Positions 17,727 to 26,146 of a stretch of 63,661 bases of DNA are shown here, piece after piece. The stretch lies in contig CAZDBT010000003.1 in NCBI GenBank assembly GCA_964503795.1, forward strand, positions 1 to 63,661, read 5' to 3'. The translations under genes and the position numbers were made by a program. The notes beneath the pieces are model-generated. The model saw only the letters and a program-made list of their open reading frames with translations, was not told the origin of the DNA and searched no databases. The stretch comes from an uncultured Candidatus Saccharibacteria bacterium. Lineage in GTDB: Bacteria > Patescibacteriota > Minisyncoccia > UBA6257 > WO2-44-18. Numbering within the stretch: the first letter of the stretch is position 1; each line of letters begins with the position of its first letter.

Positions 17727-19625
17727 ATGCGATATCTTAAATCAGCACTGAACGTTAAGGCCCTTTTTTTGCTGGCGGCCGTTCTAGTCGGCTTCCTATA
17801 CATTGGGCCTCCGTTGATGATTTGGAAGAATTTCAGCGCTTCCGGCAGAGAATTCGTCCTCTCCCAGTACAAAACTTATCGGGATTCCCTGCAGGCTTAT
17901 CTGCCCCGGGCGAGAGAGATCTATGATGGCCATTTTCCGCCAAGCGAAGTATACGGACCGGTGACCGCCTTGCCGACCCTCCAGAATCCTTTGCCGTCCC
18001 TCTGGTTCGCCGGGTTCATCTATCTTTTCCGAGGCAATATTGACCTGGCTTATCTGGGCGTCCAATTCTTTTTCCCCGCCATAATTTTTTTGCTTTTTGC
18101 TTTTCTGGGATGGCAGCTGTGGCGTTCTAAACTCTGGGCAATGTTTTTGGGTCTGACCGGTGTTTTAACCCCGATCGTCGTCAAACTGCCATTCTATAAA
18201 TGGCAAGGCTGGGCGGAGTTCCAGGCTTTTTTTCTGAACAATTTCATTCCTTTTGCCAAGACTCAATTTGATCAACTCTACCTTGCCCGAGTGGATGAAC
18301 CGTTACTCACATATCCGATCTATCTTTTGGCGATAGTCACTTTCTTTATTTTTTGGAGAAAGCCGAAGATCCTGACTGCCGCGCTGGCCGCAGTTTCCGC
18401 CGGTTTGATATTTTATACCTACTTTCATCATTGGGTTTATTGGGTGGTCTGCGTGGGTTTGCTGTCCCTTTATGTTTTAATTTTTCAGCGTAGCAACAAG
18501 GAGCTCCTGCGAGGCTTTTTGGTGTTTTGGGGAGTCCTGCTGTTGATCACCATTCCTTATTTTGTTACTTACCTCCGATTCAATCACCTGGCCGCGGCGC
18601 GGGATTTCGTCTGGCGGGAGGGTATCGTGCAGGGCAGAACTCTGGGCATCGGAAGAGAGAACCTTCCCGATCTGGCGGCGTATGCGGTCTTGCTGGTTTC
18701 TAGCTATCTGCTTTATTGGAAAAAGGATCGGTCCAAGGCAGTTTTCTTCTTCGGTCTTATAGGGGCAATGTTCATTGTTTGGAATCTCCAACTGGTGATC
18801 GGTTACGTGCCGGTGCCGCATTTCTTCCGTCGCTCAATCTCCCCGGTGATCTTTTTGATCCTCTTTGATTTCGCTCACGAACTTTTCTCCCGGTTTTCGG
18901 CGCGGTCAATCCGGATCAGCAAGGTTCTGCGCGTAGCTCTGGTGATGGCGATAGTGGTTTTGCCGATCAAGAAGCTGGACAACATCCGGAGTATCAGCGG
19001 GGGTCTCCAGCCGGAAATTATCAATTATTATGATTTTCCGAACGAGGTCGCGCAGTCGTGGAGCTGGATCAACGAAAACTTGAGCGGCGAACCGCGGATC
19101 ATTTCGCCATCAACGCTTACGTCTATGTATCTTGCTGCGCATACCTCTGCTCGTCCGTTCTTGCCGACCGCTTTTATATCTTTATTGCCGATGTCTGATA
19201 TTGAGAACCGTTACCTTGTGAGTCATAAGCTATTCGGCGTTACTGCGACTGATCTTTCATTGCGATTGGCTGGCGCGGTTCCGACGGGGTGCGTTGGTTA
19301 CGAGTGCCCTCCGGACAAGGGGAGTAATCTGAATGACAGTGTCGGAAATATTTACGGCAATTATTTTTCCAGCCGCTACGGCAGTTTCAAGAACTTTATA
19401 GGCAAGACTGAAGATGGGGATGCCGCCTCTAAGCGATCGGAGAAAATGGATGAATTGCTGGCGCGCTATCGGAAGCTGACGGCCGATTGGTCGTCTGTGG
19501 ACGCGGATTATGTTTATTACGGTCCGCTGGAGAAACAGATCGTTACCGTCGATCTTTCCGCAAATAAGAAGCTGGCCTTGGTCTATAAGAACGGGTTAGT
19601 GGAGATATATAAGATCGTTCGTTAG
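17727..19625 (+). CDS. Large polytopic membrane protein (candidate GT-C-type glycosyltransferase/polymerase) with a C-terminal extracytoplasmic domain
   Basis: 632 aa. About 11-13 hydrophobic helices in residues 1-410, then a ~220-aa soluble tail. No diagnostic motif recognised. Confidence 0.4.
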   Translation: MRYLKSALNVKALFLLAAVLVGFLYIGPPLMIWKNFSASGREFVLSQYKTYRDSLQAYLPRAREIYDGHFPPSEVYGPVTALPTLQNPLPSLWFAGFIYLFRGNIDLAYLGVQFFFPAIIFLLFAFLGWQLWRSKLWAMFLGLTGVLTPIVVKLPFYKWQGWAEFQAFFLNNFIPFAKTQFDQLYLARVDEPLLTYPIYLLAIVTFFIFWRKPKILTAALAAVSAGLIFYTYFHHWVYWVVCVGLLSLYVLIFQRSNKELLRGFLVFWGVLLLITIPYFVTYLRFNHLAAARDFVWREGIVQGRTLGIGRENLPDLAAYAVLLVSSYLLYWKKDRSKAVFFFGLIGAMFIVWNLQLVIGYVPVPHFFRRSISPVIFLILFDFAHELFSRFSARSIRISKVLRVALVMAIVVLPIKKLDNIRSISGGLQPEIINYYDFPNEVAQSWSWINENLSGEPRIISPSTLTSMYLAAHTSARPFLPTAFISLLPMSDIENRYLVSHKLFGVTATDLSLRLAGAVPTGCVGYECPPDKGSNLNDSVGNIYGNYFSSRYGSFKNFIGKTEDGDAASKRSEKMDELLARYRKLTADWSSVDADYVYYGPLEKQIVTVDLSANKKLALVYKNGLVEIYKIVR

Positions 19626-19682
19626 GCGAGCATTTCTTTTGACTCGTAAGCTATAAAGTGTTAATTTATAAGCACAAAATTG

Positions 19683-20861
19683 ATGTCTAAAAAGTTGCGC
19701 GAAAAACGTAAAATCTGTTTCCCGATCACTAGCCGTATCCACTATGCCCGCCAGAAGCATCTTTTGGATCTGATCAACAAGAACCCGAAACTTGAACTTC
19801 AGTTGGTGGTGGGCGGATCGGTTTTACTCGATAAACATGGCGAGCATTTTTTGCCGGCCATCCAGGCCGCCGGTTTTCGGGTCAATGAAACTTTATTCAA
19901 CGTAGTGGAGGGCGGTGGCCACATCGCGATGGCCAAGACTTCCGGATTGACCGCGCTGGAATTCGCCAATTCACTTTACAAACTGAATCCGGATATCGTT
20001 CTGATCCGAGGCGATCGTTTTGAGCAGTTGGCCATCGCCATGGTTTCGGCCTATTTGAATAAAACCATCGCCCATATTGAGGGTGGAGATGTCAGTGGCA
20101 CCATTGATGAAAGTGTTCGTCACGCGATCACTAAGCTTTCGCATATCCACTTTGTTACCAACGAAGCGGCGCGGAAGCGGGTGATCCAGATGGGCGAAAA
20201 CCCGAGGATGGTTTTCAATGTAGGTTCTCCCGACGTGGAATTTGCCGCGCTGGTGGATAAGAAGAATGACGGCCGCGCGGTCAATAAGACTGGTATGGGC
20301 GCGAAGATCGACGTGAACAAGCCTTTTTTGATGGTGATGCAGCACCCGGTAACTACCGAAAAAAATAATCGCCGTAATGTGGAAGAAACTTTGAAGGCGA
20401 TCGATGAATTAAAAATGCCGACCGTTTGGTTCTGGCCGAACAGCGATGCCGGCACGGACGAAATTTCCAAGGCGATCCGCATATACCGCGAGCAGGGAAA
20501 GTTGAATAACCCGAACATCCGGTTCGTAACCGATATGTTGCCGGAAGATTTTATCGGATTATTGCGCCGATCCAGCGTTCTGGTCGGTAATTCCTCCTCC
20601 GGTATCAAAGAAGCTTCTTATCTGGGTACCCCGGTAGTCAATGTGGGAACTCGCCAAGCTAATCGTTTGCGCGGGGAGAATGTAGTGGATGTTGGTTACC
20701 GTTCTTCAGAGATAAAAGCGGCGGTCCAGAAGCAGATCAAACACGGCCCATATTTGAAGGGCAGCCTTTACTTCCAACCTAATTCCAGCCGGAAAATATT
20801 GGAAGTTTTGAATAAGGTAAAATTGACGTCTCAAAAGAAGTTTCACGACATTCAAAAATAA
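19683..20861 (+). CDS. neuC: UDP-N-acetylglucosamine 2-epimerase, hydrolysing (NeuC/LegG type)
   Basis: AHIEGGDVSGTIDESVRHAITKLSHIHFVTNE and VGNSSSGIKEASYLGTPVVNVG motifs. ATG 19683 (the track start 19680 is TTG). Confidence 0.8.
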   Translation: MSKKLREKRKICFPITSRIHYARQKHLLDLINKNPKLELQLVVGGSVLLDKHGEHFLPAIQAAGFRVNETLFNVVEGGGHIAMAKTSGLTALEFANSLYKLNPDIVLIRGDRFEQLAIAMVSAYLNKTIAHIEGGDVSGTIDESVRHAITKLSHIHFVTNEAARKRVIQMGENPRMVFNVGSPDVEFAALVDKKNDGRAVNKTGMGAKIDVNKPFLMVMQHPVTTEKNNRRNVEETLKAIDELKMPTVWFWPNSDAGTDEISKAIRIYREQGKLNNPNIRFVTDMLPEDFIGLLRRSSVLVGNSSSGIKEASYLGTPVVNVGTRQANRLRGENVVDVGYRSSEIKAAVQKQIKHGPYLKGSLYFQPNSSRKILEVLNKVKLTSQKKFHDIQK

Positions 20862-21577
20862 TGAAAGTTTTAGGTATCATCACTGCTCGCGGCGGATCTA
20901 AAGGGATTCCGGGTAAAAATATTAAGCCGTTGTTGGGCAAGCCGCTGATCGCCTACACGATAGAGGCCGCCAAAGCCTCCGGCGTGGTTGATCGTTTGAT
21001 ATTGTCTACCGATGATCCAGCGATCGCGGAAGTGGCCAAGCAATATGGTTGTGAAGTTCCGTTCATGCGTCCGGCGGAAATTGCCGACGATAAGGCCGCC
21101 CACTTGCCCGTGCTTCAGCACGCCGTAAAGACTTTGGAAGAAAAAGAAGGCTATGAGCCGGACTATATTTTATTGCTTCAGCCCACTTCTCCATTGCGGC
21201 AGGCCCATCATATTAAAGAGGCCGTGGAACTTATTCATAAATCCGGAGCGGATTCGGTGTTGAGCGTCGCGGAAATTCCGGAAAATTATCATTATAAAAA
21301 AGCTATGGCTGTTAACGGGGCCGGTGTTTTGCGTTTGGTGAGAGACGCTGGACCGATCCACAATCGCGTTGCCCGCCGTCAGGAATTGGAAAAGAATTAC
21401 TGGAGTGTTGGTTCCATCTATCTTTTTAAAACCGGCTTATTGTTTGATCCGGCGAAACCGAATTTCTATGGAGAAAAAACCTTGCCTTATGTGATCGACG
21501 CAAAGTACGTTTCCGATATCAATGTTCCGGCGGACTGGGACGCGGCGGAGCAGGCAATGAAGAATTTAGGAAAATAA
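20861..21577 (+). CDS. neuA: Acylneuraminate (nonulosonate) cytidylyltransferase
   Basis: ITARGGSKGIPGKNIKPLLGKPLIAYTIEAA and LLQPTSPLR motifs. TAATG overlap with neuC. Confidence 0.85.
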   Translation: MKVLGIITARGGSKGIPGKNIKPLLGKPLIAYTIEAAKASGVVDRLILSTDDPAIAEVAKQYGCEVPFMRPAEIADDKAAHLPVLQHAVKTLEEKEGYEPDYILLLQPTSPLRQAHHIKEAVELIHKSGADSVLSVAEIPENYHYKKAMAVNGAGVLRLVRDAGPIHNRVARRQELEKNYWSVGSIYLFKTGLLFDPAKPNFYGEKTLPYVIDAKYVSDINVPADWDAAEQAMKNLGK

Positions 21578-21578
21578 T

Positions 21579-22523
21579 ATGAAAATTCACATTACCGAGC
21601 CGCAAGATTATTCAAAAAAAGCGCTGGCCACTTATGCCTCATTCGGCGAAGTGGGCCTTGGGGACGTTCCGCATCCAGAAACCGCTGTGTTGGCGGTCCG
21701 CCTTAAGCACAAGATAGATAAGTCTTGGATGGAGAAGATGCCGAATTTGAAGATCATCGCTTCCCCAACCACCGGTTTGAATCACATTGATGTAGCAGAG
21801 GCGGAAAAGCGTGGTATCAAGCTAGTGACCCTGCGTGGGCACACCGATTTTTTGGACAAGATCACTTCCACGGCGGAGGAAACCCTTGGGTTGATCCTGG
21901 CCTTGGCGAGAAAGATCCCCCAGGCCTATGAGCATGTGAAAGCCGGCGGTTGGAACCGCGACCAATTCAAAGGCTATCAGTTGGCCGGCCAGACTTTGGG
22001 AATCTTGGGTTTGGGTCGTTTGGGAAAGATGGTGGCGCGCTATGCGAATTCTTTGGGAATGAAAGTGATCGCCGCCGATCCGGCCCTAGATGCCGCCGCT
22101 ATGTTGAGTCAGGGTGTGGAGAAGGTGAGTCACGATGAGCTGTTTTCTAAATCGGATTTTGTTTCTCTGCACGTGATGCTCGCTCCGGAAACGGAGAATT
22201 TAGTTAAGGCGGATCATTTAAAGTTGATGCGGCCGAACGCTTATTTGGTGAACACCGCCCGCGCGGAAATTATTGAGAAGGGCGCTTTGGAGAAAGCCCT
22301 GAAAGAAAAGTGGATCGCCGGAGCGGCAGTTGATGTGATGTGGGATGAGGAGGGTAGTGGCGCGCATCTGGCCAAGAGCGAACTTTGGGACATGGCGAAA
22401 GGCGGTCAGCATAATCTGATAATCGTTCCACACATCGGTGGAGCCACTTACGACGCGATGCAGATCACCGAAGAATTCATCGCCGATCTGGTTAAAAAAG
22501 AATTAAGTAAAAATGGGAAATAA
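21579..22523 (+). CDS. D-isomer-specific 2-hydroxyacid dehydrogenase (glycerate/phosphoglycerate dehydrogenase-like)
   Basis: LGILGLGRLGKMVARYA (NAD GxGxxG), NTARAEII and PHIGGAT motifs. Confidence 0.75.
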   Translation: MKIHITEPQDYSKKALATYASFGEVGLGDVPHPETAVLAVRLKHKIDKSWMEKMPNLKIIASPTTGLNHIDVAEAEKRGIKLVTLRGHTDFLDKITSTAEETLGLILALARKIPQAYEHVKAGGWNRDQFKGYQLAGQTLGILGLGRLGKMVARYANSLGMKVIAADPALDAAAMLSQGVEKVSHDELFSKSDFVSLHVMLAPETENLVKADHLKLMRPNAYLVNTARAEIIEKGALEKALKEKWIAGAAVDVMWDEEGSGAHLAKSELWDMAKGGQHNLIIVPHIGGATYDAMQITEEFIADLVKKELSKNGK

Positions 22524-22950
22524 GCCAAAAGATTGCGTGTTCATTCCGAAAGGAGAAGTAGATAAAGCTTTGCAAAATGTTCCGGTTGCCGGGAAACATC
22601 ACTTGGAGCCTTTCAAAGCCTTTTCAGTTGCCAACAAGTTGCCGATCAATATTTTGGAAGACTCGGAAGTAGCCAACGATGCCGAATTACATCGCCACGA
22701 AAGTGATCTCTGGTATTGTTTGGAGGGCGAGGTGGAATTTATTTATGGTGGCGAGATGGTTGCTCCCTGGTCTAATAAGAATGCCGATGGCAGCGCCAAT
22801 GAATTGGAGTGGAAGGCGAAAGAAATAAAAGGAGGAACCAGTGTGGTGTTAAAACCGAGGGACTGGCTTTGGATCCCCGCCGGTCAGCCGCATCAGCATA
22901 AATGCGCTGGAACGGCGCGATTAGCTATAATCAAAATCCCGGAGGCGTAG
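22513..22950 (+). CDS. Cupin-domain protein
   Basis: 145 aa. HRHESDLWYCLEGE ... WLWIPAGQPHQH resembles cupin motifs 1 and 2. Confidence 0.55.
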   Translation: MGNKPKDCVFIPKGEVDKALQNVPVAGKHHLEPFKAFSVANKLPINILEDSEVANDAELHRHESDLWYCLEGEVEFIYGGEMVAPWSNKNADGSANELEWKAKEIKGGTSVVLKPRDWLWIPAGQPHQHKCAGTARLAIIKIPEA

Positions 22951-22997
22951 AAAGAAGATCCGCTTTCTTGTCCCTTACATAAGTTTTATGTGAGGGA

Positions 22998-23026
22998 TTG
23001 ACGAGTCGGGTTTTTTGTTATATAAT
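22998..23026 (+). promoter_or_regulatory. Sigma-70-type promoter for the GC-rich transporter gene
   Basis: TTGACG (22998-23003), a 17-nt spacer, then TATAAT (23021-23026). Preceded by an 11-bp-stem hairpin CCCTTACATAA/TTATGTGAGGG at 22970-22994. Confidence 0.5.
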
Positions 23027-23075
23027 TCCTCGCAGTAGTTTCACAAACTCGTTATCCCAAATTAGGAGTCGGCAG

Positions 23076-24020
23076 ATGATCGGAGAAAAGTGGATGCGCT
23101 GGACGTTCGCGGAAGCGGGCACCAAGACGGCTTCCAAGATGTTGCAGAAGGTCATCGGCAGTGTCAGCGCCACCATGGGCCATGTTTTTTTCGGGACCAT
23201 GGTTGTGGGGATGGTGCAGGTGATGGCGGGGAGCGTGATGGCGGCCAAGCGTGGCAAGAAATTGCTAACGGATTGGAGGAGCGTCGGCGGTTCCTGCCTG
23301 TTCGGATTCTTCGCGGCTCTTTCCACGGTCCTGTCGTTCGCGGTTTTCACCCTGGGCGGCGATATCGGGGTCAACACTTTCATCATGACCCTCTCCATCG
23401 TGCCGGGCGCGCTCATTGATCGCTTCTGTTTCGGTCACAAGCTGAACTGGCGGCAGTGGGCCGGCGTGGGCCTAGCCATCCTGGCCGGATATTCGGTCTT
23501 GGGTTGGCCTGCCCTCGGGAAGCTCCTTACGCTTCCGCTCTGGATCTGGCTGTCGCTGATCATTATGTGTTCAACGGCGATCAACCAGGGCATTACCCAG
23601 AAGGTGAAGGGCATTGATCCCTACGTGAAGAACTTCTGGGGCGGCCTTACCACTCTGGCGCTGGCGCTTGCCGGCACTGCGATCCTGGGTTCGCTGAGGC
23701 TGTTCGCGGACCACTCCAAGCCGATGCAGAGTTTGTGGCTAGCATCGTTGTTTGGCGGGTTGATCGTGGTGGCGATGTGGAACTTCAATCTTCTAAGCTA
23801 CAAGGGTGGCGCCAGCATCGCGCTCAAGAAGCTGGTGATGAACGGAGCCTACCTCACATCCGCGATGTTGTTGAGCGCGATGCTCTTTCACGAAAGCCTG
23901 ACCGCCGGAAAGCTTTCGGGAATTGCTATCTATTTCTCGGCCTTCATTCTGATGGATGAAGGAACGTGGAATTATTTCGCTGGCAAATTCAACTATAAGA
24001 AAGTCTGCGCAGTTCCCTAA
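23076..24020 (+). CDS. DMT-superfamily (EamA-like) 10-TM transporter; compositionally foreign
   Basis: 314 aa from ATG 23076, with TAGGAG 7 nt upstream. Hydrophobic throughout. GC is ~60-67% in sampled 60-mers against ~37-50% in neighbouring genes. Confidence 0.55.
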   Translation: MIGEKWMRWTFAEAGTKTASKMLQKVIGSVSATMGHVFFGTMVVGMVQVMAGSVMAAKRGKKLLTDWRSVGGSCLFGFFAALSTVLSFAVFTLGGDIGVNTFIMTLSIVPGALIDRFCFGHKLNWRQWAGVGLAILAGYSVLGWPALGKLLTLPLWIWLSLIIMCSTAINQGITQKVKGIDPYVKNFWGGLTTLALALAGTAILGSLRLFADHSKPMQSLWLASLFGGLIVVAMWNFNLLSYKGGASIALKKLVMNGAYLTSAMLLSAMLFHESLTAGKLSGIAIYFSAFILMDEGTWNYFAGKFNYKKVCAVP

Positions 24021-24024
24021 CTGA

Positions 24025-24055
24025 CCTTCGCTACCCAGCGGAGGTTTTTTATTTT
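24025..24055 (+). terminator. Rho-independent terminator
   Basis: CCTTCGCT-ACCC-AGCGGAGG hairpin followed by TTTTTTATTTT. Confidence 0.6.
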
Positions 24056-24066
24056 AAAGTGGAGTT

Positions 24067-24951
24067 ATGTCCATCTGGTTCTTATTTGCAATTTCCAACG
24101 CCCTCGCCTTTTCTATCCACAACGCTTACAGCAAATATGCGGTTTCGCGGGGTCGGTTTTCCAAATTCACGGTAGTTTTCTGTTCTTCGTTGATCAGTTC
24201 TGTCATTTTATTCGCAGCAGCCTATTTTATGGGTCTTCCATCTTTGGATAGCACGTTCTGGTTAGCAGTCGTCATCACCGGCGTGATCAACTCCGTTACC
24301 GGCCCAATGCTTTTGCTGGCCTATCAATACGGGGAATTTTCCTCGGTTTTCTCTATGTCCCTGCTGACCCCGGTATTCCTTCTTCTGACCTCCTTTTTTA
24401 TTCTTGGAGAAATTCCCAGTTTGATCGGAGCTTCCGGTGTGGTCGTCACGATACTTGGTCTATGGGTGCTCACCAAAAGTTCCGCGGATGTAAAAGAAGA
24501 ACTAGTTGGTGAATCCGGGAAGATAAACCGCGGCAACTTACTCGCTATCGGGATCGCTCTGCTTTGGTCAATTTCGGTTAATTTTGATAAATTAGCGGCC
24601 CAGCATTCCAACGTCTTCTTCGCTCCGGCCTCTAGTTTGGCAATTATGGCCTTAACTTCCGGCGCCTATCTCCTTTTTGTTAATCGCCGGAACCTGCTTT
24701 CCCCAAGCGAAATAAAAATTCCCAATCTTTGGCTGATGGTGCCGTTAGGAATTTTGCTGGCCGCCAGCAGCCTTTTATTCAACGCCGCTCTTTTGGTCGG
24801 CCTTGCTTCCTACACGATCGCCGTAAAGCGGATGGGTATTCTGTTCGGAGTGCTTTGGGGCTGGTTGTTTTTTAAGGAGCGGAATATCGGCAAAAAACTA
24901 TTCGGCGCGGCTATTGCGGTGGCGGGCGTGATTTTGATACTGTTCTCATAA
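24067..24951 (+). CDS. EamA/DMT family transporter
   Basis: 294 aa, about 10 TM helices, duplicated EamA-like halves (e.g. ILGEIPSLIGASGVVVTILGLWVL and FFKERNIGKKLFGAAIAVAGVILILF). Confidence 0.7.
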   Translation: MSIWFLFAISNALAFSIHNAYSKYAVSRGRFSKFTVVFCSSLISSVILFAAAYFMGLPSLDSTFWLAVVITGVINSVTGPMLLLAYQYGEFSSVFSMSLLTPVFLLLTSFFILGEIPSLIGASGVVVTILGLWVLTKSSADVKEELVGESGKINRGNLLAIGIALLWSISVNFDKLAAQHSNVFFAPASSLAIMALTSGAYLLFVNRRNLLSPSEIKIPNLWLMVPLGILLAASSLLFNAALLVGLASYTIAVKRMGILFGVLWGWLFFKERNIGKKLFGAAIAVAGVILILFS

Positions 24952-25003
24952 CAAGTCATTTAGTAATTAAGTTTCTTTAGTTACTTAATGACTCAATAAC
25001 TCA

Positions 25004-26146
25004 ATGACTTCCGACAAAATTTGGAACAAGATCCAAAAGGGGGTATTCATTATCGCCGAGATCGGCAAGAATTTTATACAAACTGAAGCCGAGCAACCGG
25101 TTGAGGTGTATTTAGAGAACGCGAAGAAGTTGGTTGATGAAGCGGTAGCCGCCGGAGCGGACGCGGTGAAATTTCAAACCCACAATGTTGAGGACGAGCA
25201 ATTGAATATCAATGTAGTGTCGCCGCATTTTAAGGGCAGCGATCGTTATAGTTGGGTTTCCCGGAACACCCGTTCCACTCCGGTAGATAAATTTTGGAAA
25301 CCTCTGAAAGAGCATTGCGTAAAAAAAGGGATCATTTTCTTTTCTACTCCGATGAGCCGGGGAGCGGCAAAGATCCTGAACGAGCAGGTCGGGGTTGATC
25401 TTTGGAAGATAGGCTCCGGAGACATCCTGGATTTTGTGATGCTGGATTACCTGCGTCAGACCGGAAAGCCGATAATCTTTTCTACCGGAATGAGCACTTT
25501 TGAAGAAGCCGAAAAGGCGGTGAACTTTTTGCGGAAGAAAAACGAAAAGGTGGCGATGTTGCATTGTGTTTCAAAATATCCTTGCCCACCGGAGGATCTG
25601 CATTTAAAGACGATAGAGTTTTATCAAAAAACTTTTGATATGCCGATCGGGTTTTCCGATCATTCCGTTGGCATTGATCCGGCATTGGTGGCTACCGCTA
25701 TGGGGGCGAAGATACTGGAAAAGCATTTCTCGTTGTCGCGTGAACTTTGGGGTTCGGATCACAAAGTTTCTATGACGCCGGATGAGTTACGCGGTTTAGT
25801 TGATGGCGTGAAGGAAATTTTGGCTAGTCCCGCCAAGCGCCAGGAGATTTTAAATAGCGATTTTGCCAAACGCAGCTTGGTTGGCGACTCCGACGCTACG
25901 GCCGGAGCAGGCGGAAAGGTTCTACAGGAAGGGGAGGCGGCCTTTCGCCCATTGTTTCGTAAATCTTTGATGGCCGGTCGGGATATTCCAGCCGGGTCAG
26001 TAATAACCGCCGAGATGCTTTATGCGATGCGCCCACAGCAATACGCCGGAGGTCTGCCCTCGGAAAAATATGAGGAAGTTTTAGGTAGGAAAACCAAAGT
26101 TGCTTTGAAGAAGTTTGATCCGATAACTAACGAAGTTCTTTTTTAA
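25004..26146 (+). CDS. neuB: Nonulosonic (sialic/legionaminic/pseudaminic) acid synthase, NeuB family with C-terminal SAF domain
   Basis: FIIAEIGKNF, AGADAVKFQTHNVEDE, KIGSGD, STGMST, LHCVSKYP, GFSDHSVG and EKHFSL motifs, with a SAF-like tail (LMAGRDIPAGSVITAEML). Confidence 0.8.
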   Translation: MTSDKIWNKIQKGVFIIAEIGKNFIQTEAEQPVEVYLENAKKLVDEAVAAGADAVKFQTHNVEDEQLNINVVSPHFKGSDRYSWVSRNTRSTPVDKFWKPLKEHCVKKGIIFFSTPMSRGAAKILNEQVGVDLWKIGSGDILDFVMLDYLRQTGKPIIFSTGMSTFEEAEKAVNFLRKKNEKVAMLHCVSKYPCPPEDLHLKTIEFYQKTFDMPIGFSDHSVGIDPALVATAMGAKILEKHFSLSRELWGSDHKVSMTPDELRGLVDGVKEILASPAKRQEILNSDFAKRSLVGDSDATAGAGGKVLQEGEAAFRPLFRKSLMAGRDIPAGSVITAEMLYAMRPQQYAGGLPSEKYEEVLGRKTKVALKKFDPITNEVLF

